Source of the DNA: a virus
DNA: 64,000 nucleotides
IMG/VR virus record: IMGVR_UViG_3300046777_001322
Location: 6,005 to 70,004 of that record
Strand: one strand, 5' to 3'
Below are positions 26,601 to 37,200 of the stretch, one piece after another (positions within the stretch are counted from its first letter, which is position 1; each line of letters begins with the position of its first letter). Below the pieces are notes generated by a model, which worked only from the letters and a program-made list of their open reading frames with translations, was not told where the DNA came from and did not search any database. Both the position numbers and the translations under genes were made by a program.

Positions 26601-29600
26601 CAAGCATGGAACAGCAAGCGCTTATCAACTTACTAGGTGTAAAGGGTGGTGCAAAAAAGTTCTTTGCACAAGAAACTTCAGGCCTTGCTGCAAGCATGAC
26701 ACCAGCACAATATGATGCTGCCATAAAAGCAGAGATAAATAAATCTATTCCAAGATTAGAAAGAGTACTTAAGTCTTGGGACCTAACACCAGACGAGCAA
26801 GTTGTTTATAATGACATGCTTAAGAGACTTAAGGATGGCGCAAAAACAGATTGGTCACAACTTCAATCTGTTCATGCTCGTGCAGGAAGTGGAGTTGTAA
26901 AAGCAATTGAAGGAATAGATCCAAATGCAACAAATTCACTTGCAGAAGAGCAACTTAAAAAGTACCTTCTTCCACCAGGAACACAAGAAAAAACTTTGGT
27001 AGAAGAACTAAAGAGAACCGTAAGTAATGATTTTGTAAGAGAACTAGGCAAGGTTGATCCTCAAAGAAGAGCAGTTATAGATGCAGCATGGAATGGTGGA
27101 ACAGTGTTAGTTCCTCCTTCTGGAACAGAAAAAACATTTCATTCACCAAGACAATCACAATTTTTGAATGAAATTAGCAAGATGCACCCAGTCATGGTAA
27201 ATGGTGAGGTAAGATATATTCATAAAGCAGATTTAGATGCATTTTTAGCAGATCCAGACGGCAGAGCAAGATGGGCAAGATCTGCAAAAGAAATTACGGA
27301 CATGACTTTATACAGAATGGGAATCACTCCAAATGAAAAAGGAAGACTTGTTTCTGGAGGAAAGTTCCAGGGAAGATTTGCAAGTATTGAGCCTTTTATA
27401 ACAGCATTAAGATCAACTGGAAAACCTTCTGGTGGAGGAAAAGCAAATATATCAAAAATTGTAAAACCTTTTGCTGAACAAGAAATTAAAGAATATAATG
27501 CAAGAATCGGTAATCCTCTTACAACAAAAACAGGAAGAGCCATGTTGGCTGCTGGATATACTCCAGATGAAGTTAAAGATCTATTAAGAGAAAATCTTTC
27601 ACACATAAAGCAAGAAGTTACAGGTCGCCAAGGCGCACTAAAGATGAAAACTGGCGAGGCATTATATGACGCCAGAATTTTAAACAACTATATGAATGCA
27701 AAGAGAAGAGGATTAAACATACTCGATATCTTTAATAAAGATAACGTACTTGGTTTATCAGAAATAGAAAAGAGAGAATATAGAAAAGCAGCAGAGTTTA
27801 TGGCAAGAGGAAGCCATCCAAAAAATCCACAAGAAAGAATGTTGCTTGCAAAAGCAGCGCAACTAGATCAACGTGTCATAGATTATCAGGCAAATGGTGG
27901 TAAGGTAGCAGGTAAGTATTTACCAGCAGACTTACGGACACCAAAAATGCTACTCACCTTATTATCAGATCCTCAATTCCAGCCAGGTAAATTAATTAAC
28001 CTTGCTGCTCAATCAGCAGATGAAGTGTTTGTTGCTGCAAAAAGAGGTGAGAGCCTTGTTAACAGAGATTTGACTGCTAAAGAAAAGATTAATAGCAGTA
28101 ATAGTTCTCCTATGCCAAAGGGAACAGTTGGTGTGGATGAAAGAGGTAAGCGCACTTCTGATAATGTAGTTGTTAGAAGAAGACAGGGTCAGATGGTTGC
28201 AACTGCATCACAGGCTGCAAGACTTAGAATGCTTCCTGGTTTTGAAGATGGAGATAAGAACTTACGTGGTGGAGGAATTACTAACCCTACTAGACGTCAA
28301 GGAGATATAGCAGTAGATCTACGTAGACGAGGTGTTAGCCAGTCTGAAATTGATAAAATATTAAGAAGCCTTGCAAAGAAAGAAATAAGGGCTAAAGAGG
28401 TAGCAGTTGCAGCATCAGAAAAGGCAGCAAGAACTGAAGCAGCAAAACAAAAAGAACAGGCAGCACTTCAAAAACGACAAACTGAGGCTGCAAGAAAAAG
28501 ATTCCTTGAGAATGAGCGTAGATCAAGATTAAATGCTGCACAAGCAAAATACTATGATGATGCAGTAAAAGAAGATCAAAGAAGAACATTAAAACAATTA
28601 AAGCAAACACAAAAAGCAGAAAGAAACCAGCGCAAGATGGTTCGTCAAGAAAAAGTAAATAGATTCTCTGGCGGAGCCTCTATGGCTCTTGGAACTGCAG
28701 GCATGGGCTTAATGATGGCTGGACAGCAGACTGCTGGTATGGTGGCAATGGGTGCATCTGCAGTTGCTGGAATGGCCCCTATGCTTGCTGGAATGGGTCC
28801 TCTTGGATGGGCTATTACTGGATTAACTGCTGCTGCTGGAGCATTTTTATTAACTGACAGGGCAGCAAAGAAGGCAGCAGAATCACAGTCTAAGTATGTT
28901 GACTCAATTTCAGCAACTACAGAAAAGATGGCACAAATAGGACAGTTAACTAATACTGTAGGTGCTAGTGAGATTTATGCAAGAAAGAGACAGGCTGGTG
29001 CTGCAGATAGATATACTACTGGTTTTGAAAGAGGTAAGCAACAGTTTGGTGAAACATTTATAGACAGCGAAGTTGGTAAGTCAATATTTGAGTCATTTAA
29101 ACAAAACATGACTGCTGGCGGAATAGATGCGGTTAAGGCAATATCAGTTCAATTAGCAGCATATGTCTCTGATGGAGTTATGACTGCAGAGCAAGCACAT
29201 AGCGTTGCTTCACAAATTGGTATTGAATTAAACAATACAACATTGATATCACAGATTAGCGGACAACTACTAAATCTTATAGGACCAGAAGGACAAGACT
29301 TAACTAAAGATCCACTAAATGTTAGAATGAATTTAGTTTCAGAGCAAAGAAGTCTTTCAACTGGAGCAACTAAAAATTTAACAGATCAAATTGAATATGC
29401 CAATAAAAAGGCAATGTCAGGCTTTGAGATGGACCCAGTTACTGGTGTTACACAATGGCTATGGGAAAAGGGCGCAGCCGCATTTACCGAAACAGATGCT
29501 GACAAATCAGCAGCACAGATAGCAGCACTTAATGCTAACAACCTAGAACTAAACTTAGCACAGCAAGATTCTTTATCAAAACAATATGATACTGAAATCA

Positions 29601-32600
29601 AAAAACTACAAGTACAAAAAGCAGCAACTACAGATAAAGCAAAACAAAAAAAGATAGATGATGAAATAGTAACTCTTGAAGGTCGTAAGCAGTCAGGACT
29701 TGATGCATTAAGAAAAAAGAATAAGGCAATTTTAAATGATCAGATTAAAGCATATAGGGCTGCCTCAGAAAGTCAGTCTACCAAAAATGCATTTTTTGAT
29801 TCGCTTAATTCTCAAATAAATACCAAGTATGAAGGAAATCCTTTTGCAAAAACATTTTTAGACAAAGCAAAAGGTTTAGACTCAGAAGAAATTGAAGTAA
29901 AGATTAAAACAGTTGTTGCTGGAGGAGATCTTAATCCTGAAACTGGACAAAGACTCATAGAAATATTTGGTGATGATGAAGAAGGATTGGAGACAAATTT
30001 AAATTTAGCACTAACAAAACATGATCCAGGAGCAGTAACACAATTAATAAATAGCCTTGGCGGGGTAAAGGATGACGTAGCAAAAACAATTCTTGTAGAT
30101 GTTCTAAAAAAGAATCCACAAGAGTTTGAAAAGACTGCCTCCGCAATAGCCTTAGTTCAAAAGATGGCTGGCAAAGAAGTTAACATTGAAGCATTCTTCT
30201 CTTCAGAAAATGCATTGGCAAATCTTGAAGATTTACAAAAGGCATTGGAAGAAGTAGAAAAGATAGATACTCCAATAACAAAAACAGCACTCATGGAAAT
30301 GAAAGAAATTGGAGGGGTTACCTTAGAAGGACTTATTCCTCTATGGGATCAATGGGAAAACCTTCCAGACGAAACTAAAAAAACTATTATTCAAGAATAT
30401 ATTACAGTACAAAAAACAATTACAGAGGGTGACGTAAGTGCGGAAATTGCAAGAAGAGTTGCAACTGCTGATAAAAAGAAGCAGGGATGGATCAATGCTT
30501 ATTATAATACTCCAGCAGGAAGAGAGAAGGTAAGAAATGAACTTGCTGGCCAAAGAACAATGCAGGCAGTAAATCAAGATATTGCAAACGCTAAGGCTGG
30601 AAAGTATGAGGATGAAGAAAAGGGTGGCAGTAAGGCAGATCCATTTGCAGATATAATGAAGCGTCTTAAGAATGTTAGAAATGCTGCTTTAAATGCTGCT
30701 GGTGGATTTAAAGAATTACAGAAGGCAATGGAGGCAGCAGGCGATAAGTCTGTTGCAAACAAGTTTGTTGGTATAGAACAGCAGTTAATGAATAAGGGTT
30801 ATAGTCAAGACTTTATTGATTTCATAACACAACTGGACCCAGAAGAACAAAAGAAGTTTGGAAGCACCGCTACGAAGGCTGGAACTAAGAAGTATAAAGA
30901 GTTTGACTACAAAACTGGAAAGATGAAAACCAGAACTCAGAAATACAAAAAGGGAGATTTTGTATTAACTGATGAAGGAAATGCAATGCGTCAAGCAATG
31001 GATAAGGCCGTTGTAGGAGAGTTCCAGGTAGAACAACAGAATGTACTTAAGAATATAGATGAGCAAAATAAAGCATATGTAAAATTAAAGGCTGCTGGAC
31101 TGTCTAATTTAGAAATAGAGAAGGCTATGGAGAATCAAGCATACGTTACAGCCATAGCAACTGGACAAATAACTGCACAAGAATTAAAGACAAATAATGC
31201 TTTAACTAAGCAAGCAGTGCTAAGAGAACAAATAAATGGTTTAGTAGATAAAACAAAAACCAATCAAACAAGAATTGACGCTTTAAACAAAGCCCCAGAA
31301 CTAATTAACTTCTTGTCTGCCTTTAAAACATTGGATGCAGAAGGCAAGGAGGTTGCACTTTCTATTACATCTATATATGATGCAATACAGGACCCAGAAG
31401 ACTTAATTGCAATGGTTGCAATAATGGATGCTATTAAGGCTGGAACGTTAGACGCTAAAGATGGAATGAAGCAACTGTTTGATCTTATTGCTAGTTCTGA
31501 ATCAGCAAAGGATCTTGAAAAAAATCTATTAACACCTCTTGAAAAGTTCCAGAAGGCTTATGATGCAGCAATGAAGATTTTTGATGCATATAAGCAGATG
31601 GATGAGTATACACTAAAGGCTCCAACAAACTCAGTAACACCAGAACTTGGTGGAAAAACATTTAAGCAATTGAGCAGAACAAAGACAGAGAGTGACGAAG
31701 CATTAGCAGCAATGAATGCTGAACTTGCAATTTATGAACATCAGATTTCTATGATTCGTGACGAGATTGCAAAGATTGAATCTGACATTGAAAATATGGA
31801 TGTTAAGGATCTAAACCTTACTGTAGATGGACAGAAGGTCACTGGTAAATTAAAGTATGTCCTAGAAGATCTTAAGGAAAAGATTGATGACTGGGAAAGA
31901 GAAATAGAAATGAAATATGAGCGTCCTATCAAGACGCTTCAAGATGAATCAAATGTACTTTCTCATGACCTAGAAGTTATGGATTATCAAGCAGGAAAGA
32001 TTAATGAAAAGTATGACAAGCAGGCAGAAGCATTAGCCGAAGTTCAAAAGGTTAATGAATCTATTATTCGTCAACAGGAACAGCAACTCGATTTGGCTGA
32101 TGCCTTAACTCAAGGAGATATTTCTGCTGCTGCCCGTGCTGCTCAAGCAATGAGGGCTGGCAATGCAGCAGATTTTGCTACTAGCCAAAGTGATGCATTA
32201 CAGCAATCAAGAGAAAACGAAATTAATGGATTAACTAATGCCAATGGATTAACACGAGAGCAAATTGAAGAAAGACGTTGGCAGATATCACAACAGATAT
32301 ATGCACTTGAAAACGATCCAGCAAGACTTGCTCTTCAAAAGAGTATACAAGAAACTAAGGATGCAATATATGCAATAGAAGAAGCAAGAGAGGTTAAACT
32401 ACTTGCTATCAGAGCACACGAAGAAAGAATTTATAAAATTGAACAAGACAAGATTATTCCATTGCAAAATGCAATTAATCTTGAATTAACAAAAAATCTT
32501 GCATTGGAGTATCAGTTAGTAGTTCTTGGAAACATTATTGCTGCAAATGATAGAAATAGAATAGTTGCAGGACAAACAAGAGATCAATGGGAAGAAATGC

Positions 32601-33631
32601 TTGCCCAGATGACCTTGATGGACGAAAAACTTAGAAAAGAACTAAAAGATGCATTGGATGGCTTTAACTCTCAGAGCGGTACAGCAGAAGATATTTGGAA
32701 GAGAATTAAGGATCTTTATGATGCTATTAAAGATAAGACTGTAACAGTTACAGTTAAGTACGTAACCGAGGGTTCTCCAGGAGACGGCTCAACAGGCAAT
32801 GGTAATGATGGCAGTGGCAACGATGGCGACGGCAACGATGGCGACGGAAATACAGGCAATGGGTCAACAGGCAATGGTTCAACTGGTAATGGCTCTACAG
32901 GAGGCTCTAAGAGTGGTTCTGGCTCAACTGGCGGGGTATCTGGAGTAAACCCAGCAACAACACCAACACCATACAGTTCTACATACAAGGGCATTACTGA
33001 TCCAACAGCCAAAGCACATGTCAAGAGTCTAGAGGCAAGTATATCTTCTAATATAGCACAAAACTCTACGCTATTTGCACAAAAAATTGCAGAAAAGAAA
33101 GCAACAGAAAATGCTGGATTAGTTGCAGGAATGCATCTTGCAGATCTTAATAGAATGGGGAATGCTGCTGCACTTGCTAAAAAATACGATGGTCCTGAAG
33201 CAGCAAAGAAAAAGGCAGAGGCAGCACAAAAAGCAAAGGCAGATGCAGCAGCGAAGGCTAAGGCAGCAGCAGACTTAAAGAAATTTGGTGGAAATTCGAT
33301 AGCAGCCTCTCAGTTCGCTAATTGGCCTTCAGGCAAAGCATCAGGCGGATTAATTAAGAGATTTGCTGTAGGTGGCCCAGTAATAGGAACAGATGTTATT
33401 CCATCAATGCTTACTCCAGGTGAATTTGTGATGAGCAGATATGCTGTTGAATCGTTTGGTCTTGATAATATGAAGGCAATAAATAATGGAGAGTCAGTTG
33501 GCGACTCAGTGTATAATTATAGTATTAATGTAAATGTTAAGTCTGATGCAAATCCAGACGAAATAGCACAGGCTGTAATGACAAACATACAGAGAGTAAA
33601 CTCTCAGAAGTTAAGGAGCGTTAGAATATAA
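23675..33631 (+). CDS. Tape measure protein (3318 aa) with inserted globular domains
   Basis: TP901-like core (N-terminal ~600 aa), long Ala/Lys/Glu/Gln-rich helical regions, DVVPAMLSPGEAV and DVIPSMLTPGEFV motifs. TTG start after SD gaggtg. Confidence 0.92.
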   Translation: MADVNSNININFNTADALAELRKLQAGLSRFHQQLAEGNLAAANAQKGLNAQLVQAIGATGKFAVSQGKVASSTMAFTTALEKNKLSLKEYYRYSMAAATANTRTLSKAFAQEREIINRARRDRVKALQAQYIQMAKAQGGFIDAMRVMPRQLAMANGQFTELGTRIQYAAQRQQFLNQLLKQGSTQLLNFGKNTQWAGRQLMVGLTIPLTMLGGYASKAFRELEESIVKFRRVYGDAFTNDAEVDAAVENIRKLATEYTKFGVAVTETMDMAATAAAAGFKGADLTRQVETATKLAVLGQVEQQQALETTISLQNAFGLSSDQLAEKINFLNAVENQTVLSIEDLTIAIPKAAPVIKQLGGNVEDLAFFLTAMKEGGINASEGANALKSGLASLINPSEKAAKFLGGMGINIKGLVEANKGDIKGTVVGFARALDELDPLNRARAIEQLFGKFQFARLSTLFQNVSKDGTQAARAFQLTGASVEELAILSEREMKKIEESVGVKFQAALEQFKQDIMPLGKAFLEAVTPIVKFFGSLFEKFNGLSDQTKKVITAIVAVVAGIGPVVLMTFGLLANGLANLIKLFATIRGGIAKLNGQTNVLGAGFNYVTQEQLEQQAAGQALHNTHTRLTEIFNIEKTAAMQLASAYASLTSQMRTMASQNPALFAGGVGGAKRAVTKLPPMKKYKDGIISVPGPKGAGDVVPAMLSPGEAVIPTETTDKYRGLITAMFQDKVPGFMAGRLPGGPGRGIPLSAGPEAVRKAQQARNRRRDDARQGYNEPHPESQSGAVFVGMPKSAKEASQSREIVDRIAKNVKDGKYGDVAPTDFGTLLQPFSGRSFPVRGVGGVYRKPNGKIVVVKPTIDEKTALAEVRATQIAREVHGLVSPKQTIKTMIDPTDPSGQRKFIVIESPYDPRIAAMDGKFSQSDMIKQLVASTLRGDKDLQKANLSGNVLADVGTAGVFDRASGFRDFSKGLPSMEQQALINLLGVKGGAKKFFAQETSGLAASMTPAQYDAAIKAEINKSIPRLERVLKSWDLTPDEQVVYNDMLKRLKDGAKTDWSQLQSVHARAGSGVVKAIEGIDPNATNSLAEEQLKKYLLPPGTQEKTLVEELKRTVSNDFVRELGKVDPQRRAVIDAAWNGGTVLVPPSGTEKTFHSPRQSQFLNEISKMHPVMVNGEVRYIHKADLDAFLADPDGRARWARSAKEITDMTLYRMGITPNEKGRLVSGGKFQGRFASIEPFITALRSTGKPSGGGKANISKIVKPFAEQEIKEYNARIGNPLTTKTGRAMLAAGYTPDEVKDLLRENLSHIKQEVTGRQGALKMKTGEALYDARILNNYMNAKRRGLNILDIFNKDNVLGLSEIEKREYRKAAEFMARGSHPKNPQERMLLAKAAQLDQRVIDYQANGGKVAGKYLPADLRTPKMLLTLLSDPQFQPGKLINLAAQSADEVFVAAKRGESLVNRDLTAKEKINSSNSSPMPKGTVGVDERGKRTSDNVVVRRRQGQMVATASQAARLRMLPGFEDGDKNLRGGGITNPTRRQGDIAVDLRRRGVSQSEIDKILRSLAKKEIRAKEVAVAASEKAARTEAAKQKEQAALQKRQTEAARKRFLENERRSRLNAAQAKYYDDAVKEDQRRTLKQLKQTQKAERNQRKMVRQEKVNRFSGGASMALGTAGMGLMMAGQQTAGMVAMGASAVAGMAPMLAGMGPLGWAITGLTAAAGAFLLTDRAAKKAAESQSKYVDSISATTEKMAQIGQLTNTVGASEIYARKRQAGAADRYTTGFERGKQQFGETFIDSEVGKSIFESFKQNMTAGGIDAVKAISVQLAAYVSDGVMTAEQAHSVASQIGIELNNTTLISQISGQLLNLIGPEGQDLTKDPLNVRMNLVSEQRSLSTGATKNLTDQIEYANKKAMSGFEMDPVTGVTQWLWEKGAAAFTETDADKSAAQIAALNANNLELNLAQQDSLSKQYDTEIKKLQVQKAATTDKAKQKKIDDEIVTLEGRKQSGLDALRKKNKAILNDQIKAYRAASESQSTKNAFFDSLNSQINTKYEGNPFAKTFLDKAKGLDSEEIEVKIKTVVAGGDLNPETGQRLIEIFGDDEEGLETNLNLALTKHDPGAVTQLINSLGGVKDDVAKTILVDVLKKNPQEFEKTASAIALVQKMAGKEVNIEAFFSSENALANLEDLQKALEEVEKIDTPITKTALMEMKEIGGVTLEGLIPLWDQWENLPDETKKTIIQEYITVQKTITEGDVSAEIARRVATADKKKQGWINAYYNTPAGREKVRNELAGQRTMQAVNQDIANAKAGKYEDEEKGGSKADPFADIMKRLKNVRNAALNAAGGFKELQKAMEAAGDKSVANKFVGIEQQLMNKGYSQDFIDFITQLDPEEQKKFGSTATKAGTKKYKEFDYKTGKMKTRTQKYKKGDFVLTDEGNAMRQAMDKAVVGEFQVEQQNVLKNIDEQNKAYVKLKAAGLSNLEIEKAMENQAYVTAIATGQITAQELKTNNALTKQAVLREQINGLVDKTKTNQTRIDALNKAPELINFLSAFKTLDAEGKEVALSITSIYDAIQDPEDLIAMVAIMDAIKAGTLDAKDGMKQLFDLIASSESAKDLEKNLLTPLEKFQKAYDAAMKIFDAYKQMDEYTLKAPTNSVTPELGGKTFKQLSRTKTESDEALAAMNAELAIYEHQISMIRDEIAKIESDIENMDVKDLNLTVDGQKVTGKLKYVLEDLKEKIDDWEREIEMKYERPIKTLQDESNVLSHDLEVMDYQAGKINEKYDKQAEALAEVQKVNESIIRQQEQQLDLADALTQGDISAAARAAQAMRAGNAADFATSQSDALQQSRENEINGLTNANGLTREQIEERRWQISQQIYALENDPARLALQKSIQETKDAIYAIEEAREVKLLAIRAHEERIYKIEQDKIIPLQNAINLELTKNLALEYQLVVLGNIIAANDRNRIVAGQTRDQWEEMLAQMTLMDEKLRKELKDALDGFNSQSGTAEDIWKRIKDLYDAIKDKTVTVTVKYVTEGSPGDGSTGNGNDGSGNDGDGNDGDGNTGNGSTGNGSTGNGSTGGSKSGSGSTGGVSGVNPATTPTPYSSTYKGITDPTAKAHVKSLEASISSNIAQNSTLFAQKIAEKKATENAGLVAGMHLADLNRMGNAAALAKKYDGPEAAKKKAEAAQKAKADAAAKAKAAADLKKFGGNSIAASQFANWPSGKASGGLIKRFAVGGPVIGTDVIPSMLTPGEFVMSRYAVESFGLDNMKAINNGESVGDSVYNYSINVNVKSDANPDEIAQAVMTNIQRVNSQKLRSVRI
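32770..32945 (+). repeat. Low-complexity G/N/D/S/T coding repeats in the tape measure C-terminus
   Basis: GDGSTGNGNDGSGNDGDGNDGDGNTGNGSTGNGSTGNGSTGG. Confidence 0.8.
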
Positions 33632-34284
33632 TGGCAACTACCAATTATATGAATGGTCGTAAAAAATATGGTAGACCACAGGCCATGTTGTGGTCTGAAA
33701 ATTCTGGCAAACTAGAAAATGGTTTATATATACCTAACGGTCTTGAAATTAATTCTAACCCAGGTTCTGAGGTAGACCCAAATAATATTGATGAATTTTT
33801 AATTTTATCAGATGATAATAGATCACCAATAGATTTTGGAAAAATAAGAATTGAAAAGCGGGAACGTATGATAAACGGAAGAATGAGATCTTATCATATA
33901 GCAGATAAAAGAGTAATAAATCTTAGTTATACTAATTTACCTTCAAGATCTTTTGCTTTTAGTCCAGACTTTGATTCTAACGGACAATCAGAAATGACTG
34001 GACAATCTGGACTGCCTAATTCTCCAGATGCACAGTATACAACCGATGGTGGTGCTGGAGGAGTAGAGTTACTTGATTGGTATGAAAATCACCAAGGATC
34101 CTTCTGGTGCTATCTATCATACGATAAGTATTCTGTATTTGGAAAAGATGATTCTGCTTATGGACACCTTCCACAATATAATGAACTAGTAGAAGTTTTC
34201 TTTACTGACTTTTCTTATACAGTAAATAGAAGAGGACCTAAGTTTGATTTTTGGAATATATCCATAGGCTTGGAAGAGGCATAA
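33631..34284 (+). CDS. Probable distal tail protein
   Basis: First gene after the tape measure. ERMINGRMRSY motif and C-terminal ISIGLEEA. Confidence 0.6.
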   Translation: MATTNYMNGRKKYGRPQAMLWSENSGKLENGLYIPNGLEINSNPGSEVDPNNIDEFLILSDDNRSPIDFGKIRIEKRERMINGRMRSYHIADKRVINLSYTNLPSRSFAFSPDFDSNGQSEMTGQSGLPNSPDAQYTTDGGAGGVELLDWYENHQGSFWCYLSYDKYSVFGKDDSAYGHLPQYNELVEVFFTDFSYTVNRRGPKFDFWNISIGLEEA

Positions 34285-37200
34285 TGTTTTACAATGAGGA
34301 TCTAAAAAAACATCTAGAAACATCTTCTGTAGTTAAAACTAAAAGTGCTGTTATTGCTGAATGGAATTTGAACTCCCCAACCAATATACTTAAGGTTGGT
34401 AACTATAGATATAGGCCAACTAGATCAGACTCAGTATATAAAATTATTCCAAGCAATTTTGATCCATCAGAAACTAAGGATACAGCGATACCATTTTACT
34501 ATGGTGCAACAGATGCAGACATAGTTATTGATGGAGGAATAGATCCAGAAGATAATGAAACTCCAATTACGCTAAAATCAACTAAAGAAAAAATTAAAAT
34601 GTTGTATTCTTTAGAAGATTGTTTTAAACAATTTAGACCAAGATCAGGAATTAATAAAGCAGTATATTTGCCAGGAAATTATTTGCATCACCCTAACATT
34701 AATATGGCAAACCGTCCTAGATATTATATGCCAGATGTCAAAGATTCTTTTAAATATTGGACATCATTTAGAACTGAAAATGGTATAGAGTATGGTATAT
34801 CTCTTTCTAAAAATGGAGAGTTTGCCATTGAGGATACCGCACCATTTATTGTATATAAAGATACTGTATCTGCAAATAGAGTTGTTATTAAAATGCAAAC
34901 ACATGTTGGCAGCGTAGATCTTGGAACTTTTACTTCTGCATCATCATCAATATCTGATCCATTCTATGGGGACTCCAAAAAAGCAACTCCAGTTAGATGG
35001 AAGATACAGGCTTTAAAAAATAATTCATGGGTTGATTTATTATCTTTTAACCAATCTTCTGTTAGAAAAGATGGAACGCCTATTATAAAAAATGACGGGT
35101 ATGTTGAGTTGGCTTATGGATTAAAGGTTCCACAGCCTTACAGAGATATATTTGTTTATGCAGAAAAGTATAGTTCTGTAACATTACTTCCAGAAAAATC
35201 TGTTAATGGGTATGCCTATCTAGTATGTACCAATGAAAATGATATAGGTGAATTTCATATCTGGATAGATGAAATTAATGACTACAGGGTTTTCACGCCA
35301 CAATATGGGTGGTATTTAGAGGAATCAGAAGTAGATAGACTAACCAACTTTGTAACAGATATGACAAATCCTACAAAATATATAAATGCTGGTGGTGCTG
35401 AGATTTATAGAGAGTTTGATAATCTTAGGGGACTTAGGGTTGTTGTTGATACAATGAACAAGTCAAATTGTACTTTTGATCTTATTGAGATGTCCCCACG
35501 ATTAACGGCAGACATAACAGATAAGACTTTAGATTTTTCTGTAAAAAAGAGTGCTTCAGATTTAGGCGTTAGCGGAATGCCAGTGGGACAACTTTTGGCA
35601 TCTACTGGGTCTCTTTCTATATTTGATTACGATGATGCTTTTAATGAAAACAATACACAAAGTATAATTAAAAACTACATTAATAGACACATACAAATTA
35701 AGTTTTATGATATTGTTTTTAATGTAGATGGGTGGGATTATTATATTCCAGTCAAGACTTTATATTCAGATGGTTTTCCAAAAAATAATAAGTCAGATCA
35801 AACAGTAGAGTTAGAGTTACGAGATTTGTTTTTTTATTTTGAAAACTTAACAGCGCCACAAATTTTAATGACAAACGTATCTCTTAGTTCTGCGGTAGCA
35901 TTCCTATTAGATTCTGTTGGATTTGCAAACTATACTTTTAAAAGAGTAGCCAATGAAACAGAGTTAATAATCCCATACTTCTATGTAGAGCCAGATGTTA
36001 GCGTTGCAGAAGTTTTAGAGCAATTAGCAATCTCGTCTCAATCAGCAATGTTTTTTGACGAATATAATAATTTTGTTATGATGAGCAAAGACTATATAAT
36101 GCCAACAGCAGATCAAAGACCTATAGATATTTATTTATCTGGAGATGAACCTGATTCAAATTTAAATATTCTTCCAAACATTATTGAAATTGCATCAGAA
36201 GAAAACCAAGTGTTTAATGACGGCAAGATTAATTATTCTGAAAAATATATTCAAAGATCTGTAGGAACTATTAAGCAAGCAAGCCTAATTGACATGGACA
36301 GAAATTGGATCTATAAACCAGTTCTTTTGTGGGAAGTTGCTGGAACAGAAAATACTAAATCTGTTAATAATGAAACAGGTATGCAGTCTTCATATCTTTT
36401 AAGTGCTATACCATTGAATTCTAACCTATCAAATCAAATACCTACAGTTGTAAATAGAGAATTAACAAACAACGTTATAGACTTTGGTGAAGGAATTTAT
36501 TGGATAGCAAGATATAATGGATATTTTTATTCAAATGGTGAAATAATTAAATATGACGCTGCACAATTTAATGTTGCTAATTTCGGCAACGTTTGGATTA
36601 GCAGCGCCCAAGAGTATGAATATTATTTTTCACAGTTACCGTTTAACGGAAAGATGTATCCAACTGGACTTGTAAGAATATATACTGAGCCTAATTATGA
36701 AGAAATCAACGGAGTGTTAAAATTAAAAAATGGAGCAGTCGCAAAACATGGAAGAGGACAGTTTGGAACTTCTATTGTAGAACATTATGCAGGACTAAAC
36801 TCATACTGGAGAGATGACGCAAACGTTAGAGGATGTTCTATGCAGTCAAAGTATTTATTTGAAGACAATACTCAAGCACCAAATACTGTCGAAGGCGCTG
36901 CTGGAATTAATAATGAACTTGCTAAAAAAGCAACAAGGAATGGAATTATAAGAAATTTTATGTCTGCTACTTTTAATGCTGAATCAGATGTAAATACTTT
37001 TACAACGCCAAAATCTGGAACCATTCAATCCTCTGCTTTTGTTATGCAAGGACCATCTATACCAGTAACAGGAAAGCCAAGAGATTTTATTTCATATGTC
37101 TATAAGCCACTTAATAGTAAGTTTAAACATTTTGGCACTAGAATGAGAATTGTAGGAAAGATAGAAAATAATGCCAGCCGTGGGCAAACAGCAAACGGCA

